Shown here: piece by piece, positions 35,904-47,380 of the stretch
How the letters are laid out: each line of letters starts with the position of its first letter
Numbering within the stretch: position 1 is the stretch's first letter
Translations under genes and position numbers: made by a program
Notes under the pieces: model-generated
Seen by the model: the letters and a program-made list of their open reading frames with translations, nothing else
Told to the model about the DNA's origin: nothing
Databases searched by the model: none
Assembly: GCA_039811685.1 (NCBI GenBank)
Contig: JBDHZC010000001.1
Coordinates: 768,001-832,000, forward strand
Direction: 5' to 3'
DNA length: 64,000 nt
Source: Armatimonadota bacterium
Lineage (GTDB): Bacteria > Armatimonadota > UBA5829 > DSUL01

Positions 35904-37747
35904 GCTTTGCGCCGAGCGAGGTTGCGATCCATCTCCCGCAGGATCCGCTTGCGGAAGCGAAGGGCGTCCGGAGTAACCTCCAGTAACTCATCGTCACCGA
36001 TGAATGACAGCGCCTGCTCAAGCATAAATTGTCGCGCTGGTGTAATAAGCACGGTAGCGTCTTCAGTGGAAGAGCGCATGTTGGTGGCGTGCTTGGCTTT
36101 GGTGATGTTCACCACCATGTCTTCTGAGCGCGAGTTCTCCCCGACTACCTGACCCTCATAGACCTCATCACCGGGAGAGATAAAGAACGTGGCGCGCTCT
36201 TGAAGTGGCGCTATGGCGTACGCTGTTGTGCGTCCAGTTTCCTTGGAGACAAGACTTCCGCGCGTGCGGGTAACAATGTCCCCACGGTATGGCCCGTACT
36301 CCTTGAACAACCGGCTCATCAAACCCAGACCACGCGTCCACGTGAGAAAATCTGTTCTAAAGCCAATCAGGCCCCGGGTAGGCACTTCGAAAATCAACCG
36401 GTTGTTGCCACCTTCGTCTTTCGCCATGGAGACCATTTCTCCGCGCCGGCGCGAAACCTCTTCGATGATAGTTCCAATAGCGTCATCGCTGACGTCAAGA
36501 GTGAGCTCTTCGATTGGCTCGCACAAGACGCCATCCACAGTCCGTGTGATAGCGCGAGGCTTGCTGACGGTAACTTCATAGCCTTCCCGTCGCATCGTCT
36601 CCAGAAGAATTGCGAGCTGAAGTTCACCGCGCCCGGAGACGTTCAGGGCATCGGGGCTACCCGTCGGCTCCACGCGAAGGCTTACGTTCGTCTTGATCTC
36701 ACGGTCCAGACGCGCTGACAGATTTCGCATAGTCACGTACTTGCCAGACCTGCCTGCCCACGGACCGTTGTTGACAACAAAATCCATGCTGACGGTAGGC
36801 TCATCAATCTGAATGAGAGGCAGCGATTCCGGCTGAGTGGCGTCGGCGATCGTCTCGCCAATCTGAACTTCCGGATAGCCCGCCAGCAGGACAATGTCTC
36901 CCGCGCTGACCTCATCGGCCTCACTCCGGTGCAGACCATCGTAAGTCATCACCCGCGTCAGCCCGAATCGATCCAGCGTGCCATCCCGCTTGATGATCGC
37001 CACCTGCTGCCCCCTGGTCAGGTGTCCTCGCAGCACTTTGCCACCGAACAGTCTCCCAAGGTGGTCGTCGTAGTCAAGCATCGTTACCTGAAGCTGAAGC
37101 GGCAAATCCATAGCAACTCTGGGCGCAGGAATGTGCTGCAGGATAGTCTTGAACAGCGGCTCTATACCGTGCGGCTCATCATCTGGATCGTTGATGGCGT
37201 AACCGGCTATTCCGGAAGCGAAGATGTAGGGGAAGTCAAGCTGCTCATCACGGCACCCCATCTCGATGAAGAGTTCCAGCACCTCATCCACAACCTCCCA
37301 CGGACGCGCCCCGGGGCGATCGATCTTGTTGATGACCACGATCGGTTGAAGGTTCTGCTCCAGCGCCTTTTTCAGCACAAAACGAGTCTGAGGCATTGGG
37401 CCTTCACAGGCGTCCACAAGCAACAGAACTCCATCAACACTTTTTAGTATCCGTTCAACTTCCCCGCCAAAGTCTGAGTGTCCGGGCGTGTCAAAGATGT
37501 TGATCTTGGCGCCGTTGTAGTGAACTGCCGTAACCTTGGACAGAATAGTGATGCCTTTTTCACGCTCCAGATCATTGGAGTCCATCACTCGCTCTGCGAC
37601 CACCTGGTTTGACCGGAAGGTGCCGCTCTCACGAAGGATGACGTCCACGAGTGTGGTTTTGCCGTGATCAACGTGTGCGATGATGGCGAGGTTGCGGATG
37701 TCCTCACGGACATTGATGGCCGGTGGCGTTAGCTCTGCAATGCTCAT
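35900..37747 (-). CDS. typA: Translational GTPase TypA/BipA
   Basis: [49 protein letters not shown]. Confidence 0.97.
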   Translation of the reverse strand: MSIAELTPPAINVREDIRNLAIIAHVDHGKTTLVDVILRESGTFRSNQVVAERVMDSNDLEREKGITILSKVTAVHYNGAKINIFDTPGHSDFGGEVERILKSVDGVLLLVDACEGPMPQTRFVLKKALEQNLQPIVVINKIDRPGARPWEVVDEVLELFIEMGCRDEQLDFPYIFASGIAGYAINDPDDEPHGIEPLFKTILQHIPAPRVAMDLPLQLQVTMLDYDDHLGRLFGGKVLRGHLTRGQQVAIIKRDGTLDRFGLTRVMTYDGLHRSEADEVSAGDIVLLAGYPEVQIGETIADATQPESLPLIQIDEPTVSMDFVVNNGPWAGRSGKYVTMRNLSARLDREIKTNVSLRVEPTGSPDALNVSGRGELQLAILLETMRREGYEVTVSKPRAITRTVDGVLCEPIEELTLDVSDDAIGTIIEEVSRRRGEMVSMAKDEGGNNRLIFEVPTRGLIGFRTDFLTWTRGLGLMSRLFKEYGPYRGDIVTRTRGSLVSKETGRTTAYAIAPLQERATFFISPGDEVYEGQVVGENSRSEDMVVNITKAKHATNMRSSTEDATVLITPARQFMLEQALSFIGDDELLEVTPDALRFRKRILREMDRNLARRKA

Positions 37748-37922
37748 ATATTGGATGGATAAACACTAGAAAGGCCGGAGTTCCCGCTTGGGCTTCCGGC
37801 CGTTAAGTCGAAATCAGCGCTTCTTTCTACTATTCCATTTTACCACCAGGCGCCACTGCGGGGCAAATAGTTGTGACGAAGGTAGCTTTAAGATTTTGAA
37901 CACGCACGCTGATAATAAGATT

Positions 37923-39032
37923 ATGTTCAATTTCCGCAAGAAGAGATACATCAGTCCAAAGTGGCACGATCGCTCGGCGCAGGAGCTTTCTGAGGTTGCC
38001 CTTCCGTTGGTGTCCTTTGTCCTCAGCGCCCTCAACACCCCTATGGATCTTGTCGTGAGCCCCGGTGCGCAACAGAGCCGGTCGTTCCTCGATTCCACAC
38101 TGCGCCTGCGCCAGCGCATCGGCGAGGAATGCGCGCGTCCTACAGATATCGACAGCGTGCGTGAAGAGCTTGAGAACCTGAGCGCCGATTTTGGAAGATG
38201 GCAGCGAGAGCAGATCGACCAGCTCGTGAGTGAGTTTGCGACGTCAGTTCAGACGCTGGCTTCCACAGCCAACGCGGCGGTTGACGATTCGTCTTCCACT
38301 CTTTACGGAATGACGGATATTCAGAAGTCACTCGAGCGGGTACACAAAAGCGATGACATAGTGGAGATCAGAAAGGTGGTCGCCACACAAATCGACGCGG
38401 CGAGGGCACTCATCCAACGGCAACGAGTTTCAGAGCAACTCCATCGGCAAACTATAGGCGAGCGCTTGAAGAAGACAGAGGCGCAGTTGGCCTCCGCGCG
38501 CGCCGCCAGCTACACAGACCATCTCACGTCCATCGCAAATCGCGCTGCCTTTGACTACTATTCCTCCACAACAATGCAGAAGACACGCGAAGGACAAGGG
38601 CCGTTTTGTGTGGCTCTGCTGGACGTTGACAGCCTCAAACAGATCAATGACAACTTTGGTCATGCGGCGGGGGATCAGGCTCTGAAAGCCATGGCACTGC
38701 AGCTCAATCAGTCCATCGGTAAGGCAGGACTTGTGGCGCGTCTGAGTGGGGACGAGTTTGGAGTTCTTTATCAGGGCCGCTCATCGTCGCTGCACAAAGC
38801 ACTGAACAGCGCTCTTGCCGCTCTGCAGCGCACACCTGTTACAGTCAACAGCGCAAACGGACGCAACCAGATCCGGGTTTCCTTCAGCGCGGGTATCGCT
38901 GGCTTTCGCGCCAACAGCCTCCTTTCGACCGTTCTTCGCAGCGCTGACGAAGCCCTGTACGCAGCCAAGGGGAGCGGCAAGAATCAGATTGTAGTAGCTG
39001 AGGAATGCGTGGAAGACCGCCAGGCCGCCTGA
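37923..39032 (+). CDS. GGDEF-domain protein (putative diguanylate cyclase, SGDEF variant)
   Basis: DHLTSIANR, LDVDSLKQINDNFGHAAGD, ARLSGDEF, ADEALYAAK; start uncertain (ATG 37923). Confidence 0.85.
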   Translation: MFNFRKKRYISPKWHDRSAQELSEVALPLVSFVLSALNTPMDLVVSPGAQQSRSFLDSTLRLRQRIGEECARPTDIDSVREELENLSADFGRWQREQIDQLVSEFATSVQTLASTANAAVDDSSSTLYGMTDIQKSLERVHKSDDIVEIRKVVATQIDAARALIQRQRVSEQLHRQTIGERLKKTEAQLASARAASYTDHLTSIANRAAFDYYSSTTMQKTREGQGPFCVALLDVDSLKQINDNFGHAAGDQALKAMALQLNQSIGKAGLVARLSGDEFGVLYQGRSSSLHKALNSALAALQRTPVTVNSANGRNQIRVSFSAGIAGFRANSLLSTVLRSADEALYAAKGSGKNQIVVAEECVEDRQAA

Positions 39033-39117
39033 GACACAACAGGACTGAGACCCAAAGCAGGCTTCAGCGACGACTTTCTGGAACAGCTTATCAGTCTTGC
39101 AAACTCAGGAGGTCGTT

Positions 39118-40197
39118 GTGAAAGAACTGAAAGTGGGCCTGATCGGGGCTGGAGGAATGGGGCAACACCTGGCGGTGCAATGTGATTCACTCGAAGAGGC
39201 GCAACTGGTTGCCGCTGCTGACCCGAGTGAAGAAGCGCTCCAGCGCCTGGCTTCCAAAGTGGGAGAGTCTCGCATAGTCCAAACAGCCGGGGCTGACCAG
39301 ACACAGGTGGGAGCGGGCACAGAAGTTTCCAGTGAAGACACAGCCGCAGCCGGCTCTGACGTCAGACGCTACGCTGACTACAACGATCTGCTCGCTTCAG
39401 ACGTTGACGGCGTCATTATCGCCGCACCGAATAATCTCCATGCGGATATTGCGGTAGCTGCGGCCAACAAAGGCAAGCATATCTTTTGCGAAAAGCCTAT
39501 GGCACTGGGCATAGCTGAGTGCGACCGCATGCTTGAAGCGGCTGAAAAAGCGGGCGTGACGCTCATGGTCGGGCAGGTTCTTCGGCTGATTCCCGTTTTC
39601 TGGCAGAGTCACAAAATCGCGACTGGTGGCGACATAGGAAAGCCATTTGCCATAAACATTACACGTCTTTCGAGCTGGTGGTTTGGTCCCGGCTGGCGAT
39701 CTCAGAAAGCGAAATCGGGCGGCGTAGTCTATGAAGTCCACGTTCACGAGCTGGACTTTATGCGCCACGTCCTGGGGGAAGCGGAATCCGTCTATGCCAG
39801 CATGGGGCACTTCACAGCGGCAGGCGTTGACTACGAAGACACTGCTTTCATTCAGATCCGCTTCCGGAACGGCGGCATCGGTTCACTGCATTGCGGAATC
39901 TCTTCAAGCGTGAACCAGTACGGCATGACCATCCAGTGCACCGAAGGCACACTTGTCAATGAGGGCTTTGGCAAGAGGCTACAGTACGCGCGATTTGGAG
40001 AATCTCACCAGGTTATCGAGCCGGAAATGATTACGCTTGAGGAGCCCTACCGCGCTGAGTTAGGCTCGTGGGCGCAGCACATTCTGCATGCGGAGCCTAT
40101 GGTTTTTGATGCGTCCGACGGCAGAGCGGCCATCGAGCTGGCCGAGGCAGCCTATCGCTCAGCGCAATCCGGCAGCGCAGTGCCCCTGCCACTTTAG
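39118..40197 (+). CDS. Gfo/Idh/MocA family oxidoreductase
   Basis: GAGGMG, CEKPMA, HVHELD; GTG 39118 with SD AGGAGG. Confidence 0.9.
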   Translation: MKELKVGLIGAGGMGQHLAVQCDSLEEAQLVAAADPSEEALQRLASKVGESRIVQTAGADQTQVGAGTEVSSEDTAAAGSDVRRYADYNDLLASDVDGVIIAAPNNLHADIAVAAANKGKHIFCEKPMALGIAECDRMLEAAEKAGVTLMVGQVLRLIPVFWQSHKIATGGDIGKPFAINITRLSSWWFGPGWRSQKAKSGGVVYEVHVHELDFMRHVLGEAESVYASMGHFTAAGVDYEDTAFIQIRFRNGGIGSLHCGISSSVNQYGMTIQCTEGTLVNEGFGKRLQYARFGESHQVIEPEMITLEEPYRAELGSWAQHILHAEPMVFDASDGRAAIELAEAAYRSAQSGSAVPLPL

Positions 40198-40278
40198 AGC
40201 GTAGTGGCCGCGCGAGGAAAGCCATCCAGCCGAACGGACTCTTACCGGAGTGAGATAATCGCTTATCCAGGCGTACGG

Positions 40279-40902
40279 TCAGTGATGCTGGGCGATCTGC
40301 CGATCCAGAAACGCCGGCCGGCGCGCTTCGAAGGCTGTGATATCTGACTCGTAACGCAGCGAGATACCGATGTCGTCAAGACCCTTCAGAAGGCGCTCGC
40401 GCCGCGATTCATCCACTTCAAAGCTCATCTCCCAGCCGTGCTGATCGTAAACTTTCTTGACTTCGAGATCGACGGTCAAAGAGTAACCGGGAGACTCTTC
40501 CGCGCGCCGAATGAGCTCCTCAACTGTTTTTTCCGGCAAAACGACCGGTAACATTCCATTCTTGAAACAGTTGTTGTAGAAAATGTCGGCAAAGGACGGC
40601 GCTATGATCGATCGAAAGCCGTACTGCGACAGCGCCCACGGAGCGTGTTCGCGTGAAGAGCCACAACCAAAGTTGCGTTCCGTGATGAGGATTTTGGCGC
40701 TGTGGTATCCCGGATGGTTGAGCTCAAACTCAGGATTTGGCGTCTTGCCGTCGTCCAGATAGCGCCAGTCAAAAAACAAGAACTCACCAAAGCCGGTGCG
40801 CTCAATGCGCTTCAGGAACTGCTTGGGAATGATCTGATCGGTGTCAACATTGGCGCGGGGTAGTGGCGCAACAATTCCCTGTACCTTCACAAACGGTTCC
40901 AT
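40279..40902 (-). CDS. leuD: 3-isopropylmalate dehydratase small subunit
   Basis: [39 protein letters not shown] coupling with leuC. Confidence 0.97.
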   Translation of the reverse strand: MEPFVKVQGIVAPLPRANVDTDQIIPKQFLKRIERTGFGEFLFFDWRYLDDGKTPNPEFELNHPGYHSAKILITERNFGCGSSREHAPWALSQYGFRSIIAPSFADIFYNNCFKNGMLPVVLPEKTVEELIRRAEESPGYSLTVDLEVKKVYDQHGWEMSFEVDESRRERLLKGLDDIGISLRYESDITAFEARRPAFLDRQIAQHH

Positions 40903-42317
40903 CAGATACTCCCTTTCACATCCCACGTGCGCACATCAACCAGATGTCCTTCAATCGCCGCCGCAGCCGCCATTTCCGGCGAAACAAGGTGAGTGCGACC
41001 ACCCTTGCCCTGACGGCCCTCAAAGTTGCGGTTGCTCGTGGACGCGCAACGCTGGCCCGGCTGCAAAACGTCCGGATTCATCGCCAGGCACATTGAGCAC
41101 CCTGATTCCCGCCACTCAAAGCCTGCGTCTGTGAATACCCGATCCAGTCCTTCTCGCTCCGCTTGTTCCTTGACAGCCGTTGACCCCGGGACTACCAGAG
41201 CCTGCACACCGGACTTGACCCTGTAGCCCTGGGCAATGCGAGCCGCAGATCGCAAATCTTCAATTCGCCCATTAGTGCAGGAGCCGATAAATACAACATC
41301 CAGCGGCAAATCCTGCATCGGTGTATTGGGTTCGAGACCCATATAACTCAGCGCCTGCTCGACTGCCCTTCTCTCGATCTCGTCGTCGAAGCTATCAGGA
41401 TCAGGCACCGATCCGGTGACAGGCACAACATGCCCAGGGTTGGTGCCCCAGGTCACATGCGGCGCCAGCGTCTCACCCTCGATTGTGACGGTTCTGTCAA
41501 AGACGGCTCCGTCGTCCGTGCGCAGGGAGTGCCAGTACTCCAGCGCCTTCTCCCAGTCCTGTCCCTGCGGCGCAAATGGACGGCCCTTGATGTAGTCGAA
41601 TGTCTTGTCGTCCGGCGATACCAGACCAGCGCGCGCACCGGCTTCGATGGACATGTTGCAGACCGTCATCCTGCCTTCCATCGTAAGCGATTCAATAACA
41701 GAGCCGCGGTATTCCACAACGTAGCCTGTTGCGCCAGCCGTTCCGATCTTGCCAATGATCGCCAGGACAACGTCTTTGGCAGTCACTCCCGGAGGCAGTG
41801 AGCCTGTGACTTCAATAGCCATATTCCTGGAACGCTTCTGAGGGAGCGTTTGGGTAGCCAAAACGTGCTCCACTTCGCTGGTTCCAATGCCAAACGCCAG
41901 AGCGCCGAACGCGCCGTGTGTGCTGGTGTGGCTGTCACCGCATACAATGGTTCGCCCAGGCTGGGTCAACCCGAGCTCGGGACCTATGACATGCACGATT
42001 CCCTGACGTGGGCTGTGAAGGTCGTAAAGGGTGATGCCAAATTCCCGGCAATTCGCTGTAAGAGTATCCATCTGCTGTCTGGAAATAGGATCAGCGATTG
42101 GAAGCGATCGGCTGGTTGTGGGCACGTTGTGATCCATCGTCGCAAACGTGAGGTCCGGGCGGCGCACTTTTCTGCCTGCCAGACGTAAACCCTCAAAGGC
42201 CTGGGGTGAGGTGACTTCGTGAATGAGGTGCAGGTCGATGTAGATCAGAGCAGGCTCTCCGGGCTCTTCGTGAACGACGTGCGCGTCCCACACTTTCTGA
42301 AAGATGGTCTTTGGCAT
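40902..42317 (-). CDS. leuC: 3-isopropylmalate dehydratase large subunit
   Basis: [51 protein letters not shown]. Confidence 0.98.
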   Translation of the reverse strand: MPKTIFQKVWDAHVVHEEPGEPALIYIDLHLIHEVTSPQAFEGLRLAGRKVRRPDLTFATMDHNVPTTSRSLPIADPISRQQMDTLTANCREFGITLYDLHSPRQGIVHVIGPELGLTQPGRTIVCGDSHTSTHGAFGALAFGIGTSEVEHVLATQTLPQKRSRNMAIEVTGSLPPGVTAKDVVLAIIGKIGTAGATGYVVEYRGSVIESLTMEGRMTVCNMSIEAGARAGLVSPDDKTFDYIKGRPFAPQGQDWEKALEYWHSLRTDDGAVFDRTVTIEGETLAPHVTWGTNPGHVVPVTGSVPDPDSFDDEIERRAVEQALSYMGLEPNTPMQDLPLDVVFIGSCTNGRIEDLRSAARIAQGYRVKSGVQALVVPGSTAVKEQAEREGLDRVFTDAGFEWRESGCSMCLAMNPDVLQPGQRCASTSNRNFEGRQGKGGRTHLVSPEMAAAAAIEGHLVDVRTWDVKGSI

Positions 42318-42583
42318 ACGATATATCCTTACAGACTCCCCGTGTCTTTACAGGCGTCCTAAGGGATTATACAATCCTGTGCAAGAGATTGAAGAACATC
42401 ATCTGGAGAGCACACCGTGGAAAACACGTGACGCTGCTGGAAGAAGACCTGGGTTCAGTCAGAATCGAGTTTCCGTAGCCGCGTTCTTGATCTCTCTACG
42501 AACAGCCATGACAAATATCGATGCTTTTGTTTTCGGACAACATATGACGATGCCTTATGCGCAGAGGGCAGAGGTGGCCTACG

Positions 42584-43651
42584 GTGAATAACCCGAGCGC
42601 GAGTGATCTACTGCTCGTGTTGCACGAAGCCGATCTCGAGATGGGGCGGATCACACCTGGCGACAGCTACGCTCTGTTCGACTATCTGCGCGCGACGTGC
42701 AAACGCATAGCTCCTTTGACGGACGCCTTCTACGTAGCCTTGTACGACCCGCAGAACGAGATGCTGAGATTCCCGTACCATTTTGACAGCGAATCGTACG
42801 ACTCTCCTCTGACAGTGCGCCTTGGTCAAGGTCCAACATCGTGGGTTGTGCGCCACAATGAGCCTCTCGTGTTCAATGATGACGATCCGATTCAGCACAA
42901 AGGGTTTCTTTTTGGAAATCTCCAAAGACAGTCTCTGTCGGCGGTGCATCTGCCAATCCGAGCTATGTATTCTGCGGGAGAAGTAAGGCTGATTGGTGTC
43001 TTATCCGCGCAGTCCTACAGACGACAGGCATTCAACGAGGATGCTGTTATGGCTATGTCGTTGCTGGCGCGGCGGACAGGGGCAATTCTGATGAGGTCGC
43101 AACTCGAGATGGATGCCCGCGCCCGCGAGGAGGCGGCAGACAGAGCCACAGAACAACAGCGCGAGGAACACACCCAGCAGATGCGCGCAGTAGTCAGGCT
43201 CTTTGTGGACACTCTTCAGGGCCTCACGATGCAGGCGGAGAAAATCCGAAATCAGGCTGCAGCGTATGGACGCGATATTGAAGCCTCCGCAGCCCGGATG
43301 TGCACCCTCTGTTACCGGAGTCAAACAGAAACTGCGAACTTACCGCTTCCCGCGGCTCCGCCGCCATCAGCCCACAACCGGAGCGTGTCAGACCTCAGCA
43401 ACCCGATATTTGCGAGCCTGTCAGACAAACAGAGGGAAATACTGCCGCGCCTGGCCGCAGGAGAGACGAACGCGATGATCGCCGAGCACCTGTGCGTTTC
43501 TGTTGACACGGTGAAATTCCACTGCAAAGGCCTGTTCAAGAAGCTTGGCGTAGCAAACCGCGTACAGGCGGCGCAGATCTACCACGACCGCCAGAAACGA
43601 TACACTGATTTGCCGCCACACGGGCCAGGCGTGACTGACAAAAAAGAGTGA
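42584..43651 (+). CDS. GAF-domain LuxR-family transcriptional regulator
   Basis: GAF (AFYVALYD, GPTSWV, IGVLSAQSY) and C-terminal LSDKQREIL...GETNAMIAEHLCVSVDTVKFH...KLGVANRVQA; start approximate (GTG 42584). Confidence 0.85.
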   Translation: MNNPSASDLLLVLHEADLEMGRITPGDSYALFDYLRATCKRIAPLTDAFYVALYDPQNEMLRFPYHFDSESYDSPLTVRLGQGPTSWVVRHNEPLVFNDDDPIQHKGFLFGNLQRQSLSAVHLPIRAMYSAGEVRLIGVLSAQSYRRQAFNEDAVMAMSLLARRTGAILMRSQLEMDARAREEAADRATEQQREEHTQQMRAVVRLFVDTLQGLTMQAEKIRNQAAAYGRDIEASAARMCTLCYRSQTETANLPLPAAPPPSAHNRSVSDLSNPIFASLSDKQREILPRLAAGETNAMIAEHLCVSVDTVKFHCKGLFKKLGVANRVQAAQIYHDRQKRYTDLPPHGPGVTDKKE

Positions 43652-43753
43652 ACGCTAACCGGAAACTCCAGCGGCGCACCGCAGTGAGCGCGACCCGCAG
43701 ACGCAGAAAAATCATCTCATCATCGCCCGCGATCTATAACGAAGCATGCAAGA

Positions 43754-44782
43754 TCAGGCGCTCAGGATATCTTCAATGATCACCCGGCATCCGCGCCGAG
43801 AGGATTCGATACAACCAAAAACCATAGCCAGGCTCTTGATGTTGTCGTGACACTCTCCCATCGGCATCTCGCCAGTATTCAGCGCGGCGAGAAAATCCCG
43901 CAAGGAAGCGGCGATTCCTTCGTGCTCAAAGTCCGGACGTTCTGGACAGATACGTATCATATCTGAGTGGAACCCGCCCGCTCTTTCAAGAACGTCCCCG
44001 GCAATTTCATCGCTGCCATCCCACGTAGCGGACCCTTTGGAGCCGACAGCCCGCCACTGCGCATCCCAGGAAGTGTGCAGCCCTTCCGAACACCAGCTTC
44101 CGCGGTAGGTGTAGCGCAGCCCATCCGACATTTCAAACATCGCAACCGCACAGGCATCCCCCGAGTACCAGCTCCACTGAGGGTTGAACTCCTCACAATA
44201 GACGCTGACCGGATCTGCGTCAATGATGAAACGCGCCTGATCGAAGGTGTGGATGGCCATATCCAGAATGAGAGGACTGGGCATCTCGTCCCGGAAACCC
44301 CCGAAATGGGCGCCGATATAAAAGTCTGAATCCAGAATGCCAAGGTTGCCGAGGCTCCCCTGCACGAGATTCCGATACGCCGTAATCCTCGGGGTATAGC
44401 GGCGATTCTGGCTGACCATGTAGAGCTTACCGGTCTCTTCAGACACGCGCACCATCTCGCGCGCCTGTTGCATGGTGCTCGCCATTGGCTTTTCGCCAAG
44501 TACTGGCACGCCTGCTTTCAGCGATTGCAAAGTGACCGCGTGATGGGCCTGTGGGACAGTGACATCCACGACAAAGTCAGGCCGCAGAGCCGTGAGCGCC
44601 TGCTCGAGATCGTGGCCAGTGTGAACACCACTGAGTCCCAGCGCCTCCGCAGCGGATTCGGCCGCGCCGGGGCGAATATCTATCCAGCCGACGATCTCCG
44701 TTAGCTCGCAGGACGCAAGATTTCTGCCCCACTCCTTGCCCATGTTCCCAGCTCCAACCAGTAACGCCCGCCGTGTTGTCAA
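43754..44782 (-). CDS. Gfo/Idh/MocA family oxidoreductase
   Basis: GAGNMG, GEKPMA, SQNRRY, DMAIHTFD. Confidence 0.9.
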   Translation of the reverse strand: MTTRRALLVGAGNMGKEWGRNLASCELTEIVGWIDIRPGAAESAAEALGLSGVHTGHDLEQALTALRPDFVVDVTVPQAHHAVTLQSLKAGVPVLGEKPMASTMQQAREMVRVSEETGKLYMVSQNRRYTPRITAYRNLVQGSLGNLGILDSDFYIGAHFGGFRDEMPSPLILDMAIHTFDQARFIIDADPVSVYCEEFNPQWSWYSGDACAVAMFEMSDGLRYTYRGSWCSEGLHTSWDAQWRAVGSKGSATWDGSDEIAGDVLERAGGFHSDMIRICPERPDFEHEGIAASLRDFLAALNTGEMPMGECHDNIKSLAMVFGCIESSRRGCRVIIEDILSA

Positions 44783-45174
44783 CTCTGTCCTCCAAAGCCC
44801 GGATGCCGGCCGCTATCTCCGGCCGCAAACCATATCTGTGACTTCAGTATAGATGATTCCCCGGGACATGCGCGCCACACCACCCAGCTGAGAAGGTCAT
44901 TTTGTGGGGTACAGATAATCAGACCACTGACGCCGCTTTCTTCTGGCGACCAACCGCTTTGGAAGTATTCCACAGCCTGGCCAAGCGCCGTCGCACAACG
45001 AGACTGAAACTTGCGACAGCGCGAGACAGAGTCGAGAGCGTGTGTACAGTAGATGAGCGCACCTTTGAAAGGACGATTCCCTGGCCGACTAATGATGACC
45101 ACACGACGAACGCGCACTGAAAACCGCTTTTTCCCGCTGGGCCGCCGGGACACTGAAGCAGGAACAGACATTGG

Positions 45175-47163
45175 GTGTCAGGTCTGGGAGATTTGTCTTT
45201 GGCGGTAAACCCTACTCTCGATAACTCGCCCAAAACGTTTGAGCTTGCCGACGGGCCTGCTGAGGCCCGCCACGGAGTCTCAGCGCGCGCAGTTCTCATC
45301 GGCTTTGTGGCAATTATCCCAGGGGTGTTCTGGGGCGTATATGGAGACGTCGTCTCCCAGACCGATCTGACGTCCACATCGCTGATGATGCCCCCTGTCC
45401 TCATCCTCACTGTCCTGCTGCTGTTGAACTGGCTTCTAAAACGCCTGCGGCCTCGCCTGGCCCTTGCACAACACGAGCTGATCACGATCTACACGATGAT
45501 GACAGTGGCGGTCATCCTGTCCGGGATGGGCATGATTCAGTTCCTGTGCACGACGCTTGGCGCAGTTCCTTACTTCAAGACTCCTGAAAACGAGTGGGCA
45601 CGATACCTGAATGATGTTCCGATGTATATCATGCCCAAGCTCTCGGCTATCGCCGGTTTTTATGAGGGCAATCAACCGGTGCCGTGGTCGGCCTGGTGGA
45701 AACCGCTGATGTTCTGGAGTGGATTCATCTTTGCGATGCTGCTCACGATGACCTCCATAAACTCAATCCTGCGCAAACAGTGGATGGATCGAGAGCGCCT
45801 GACGTTTCCGATCGTGCAACTGCCGCTGGAGATGACAGAAGAGAACTCGCGGTTTTTCAGGAACAGGATGATGTGGGCGGGTTTCATTCTGGCAATGGCG
45901 CTTGAGACACTCAACAGCATAAACTTTCTGTATCCACAGGTTCCCAAAGTCCAGATACGCGCCTATGACCTTCAGCCGTTCTTTACGGTCGCCCCGTGGA
46001 ACGCGATCGGCTACTTTCCCACTACCTTCTACCCTCTGGCTATTGGACTGGGATTTGTGCTCTCCGCTGACGTGAGCTTCTCCTGCTGGTTCTTCTATAT
46101 CGTCACCAAGCTGGAAAATGTCTTCGTCGCGGCCGCTGGCTGGAAGGCTGCCGCGGGAAGTACTCCACCGTTTATCGGACAGCAAGGCACAGGCGCTTTC
46201 ATCGGCATTGCACTTTCTGTGCTGTGGTTGGCGCGAAAGCACTTGTGGGATGTGTTTCGGAAAGTCTTCCTCAATGCCAAAGACGTTGACGACTCTGACG
46301 AGCCGATAAGCTACCGGGGCGCCGTTCTGACGGCTATCGGTGGTTTTGCCGCCATGTGCGGCTTCTGTGTGGCTGTTGGTATGTCCGTGATGGTGGCTGT
46401 AGCCTACCTGGGTGTTTACCTGCTGTTTGCATTGACCATCACACGGCTCCGCGCGGTCGCCGGGCCACCCTGGACTATGGGCCCGGACATGAACGCGATG
46501 GCTACTATTGTTCAGCCGATTGGGCCCGGGCTGTTCACCCAGCGTAACCTTGTGGCGCTGGCGTATTTCAACTGGTTCAGCGTTGAGATGCGATGCTGCC
46601 CGATGCCGACTACGATGGAAGGCATGAAAATGGCGCAGGCGACGCGCATCAGGCAGCACACAATGACTATAGCCATGCTGATCGCCATTGTCGCCGGGAT
46701 CGCGGTCGGATTTGCCGCGTGTCTGTTCGTCTGGTACCACTACGGCGCCGGAACAGCGAAGGTGGAGCCGTGGCGAACTGGCATGGGACGCGCTCCGTTC
46801 AACGCAATCACCGGGTATATCGACAACCCCGAAAGCACTGGAACTGGAGGTGTCGTGGCGATGGTATTTGCGGGCGTCTTTACTCTTGTGCTCGGTTATG
46901 TGCGCACCAGGGCGGTCTGGTTTCCCTTGCATCCGGCGGGCTACGTGCTGGCCAACACAGGCACGATGTACTGGCTCTGGTGCCCTTTTCTTATCGCTTG
47001 GGCCGCCAAGGTACTGATCACAAAATACGGTGGTATCAAGGGCTATCGGACGGCTTTGCCTTTCTTCCTGGGACTGGTGCTGGGGGATTTTGTCACCTCG
47101 AGCCTGTGGGCGCTCACCGGGTCCATACTCGGCATCCGAATGTACCGCTGCTTCCCTGTCTAG
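45175..47163 (+). CDS. Polytopic membrane protein, DUF6785/DUF6784 (peptide-transporter-like) family
   Basis: Many TM helices; VPWSAWWKPL, LRKQWMDRERLTFPIVQLPL, WFPLHPAGY, KYGG...PFFLGLVLG. Confidence 0.75.
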   Translation: MSGLGDLSLAVNPTLDNSPKTFELADGPAEARHGVSARAVLIGFVAIIPGVFWGVYGDVVSQTDLTSTSLMMPPVLILTVLLLLNWLLKRLRPRLALAQHELITIYTMMTVAVILSGMGMIQFLCTTLGAVPYFKTPENEWARYLNDVPMYIMPKLSAIAGFYEGNQPVPWSAWWKPLMFWSGFIFAMLLTMTSINSILRKQWMDRERLTFPIVQLPLEMTEENSRFFRNRMMWAGFILAMALETLNSINFLYPQVPKVQIRAYDLQPFFTVAPWNAIGYFPTTFYPLAIGLGFVLSADVSFSCWFFYIVTKLENVFVAAAGWKAAAGSTPPFIGQQGTGAFIGIALSVLWLARKHLWDVFRKVFLNAKDVDDSDEPISYRGAVLTAIGGFAAMCGFCVAVGMSVMVAVAYLGVYLLFALTITRLRAVAGPPWTMGPDMNAMATIVQPIGPGLFTQRNLVALAYFNWFSVEMRCCPMPTTMEGMKMAQATRIRQHTMTIAMLIAIVAGIAVGFAACLFVWYHYGAGTAKVEPWRTGMGRAPFNAITGYIDNPESTGTGGVVAMVFAGVFTLVLGYVRTRAVWFPLHPAGYVLANTGTMYWLWCPFLIAWAAKVLITKYGGIKGYRTALPFFLGLVLGDFVTSSLWALTGSILGIRMYRCFPV

Positions 47164-47380
47164 CGCTCCGTTTGCGCAGCGTGTGAAGGGCTGCGCTGCG
47201 CGAGGAGTCTAACAGAGAAGAGCTGCTCAGAGAGATTTCCGCTCCGCCGGCCTGAAGTGTGCTATGCTGGGTGTACTGGCACGAGATTCAAGGATAACTG
47301 GCCGAGATAGTACGGTCCAGGCCTGCTGCAAATCCCTCAGGCGCCTTTCGCCCGGCGGCCAATGCGGGTCAGGAGAGACA

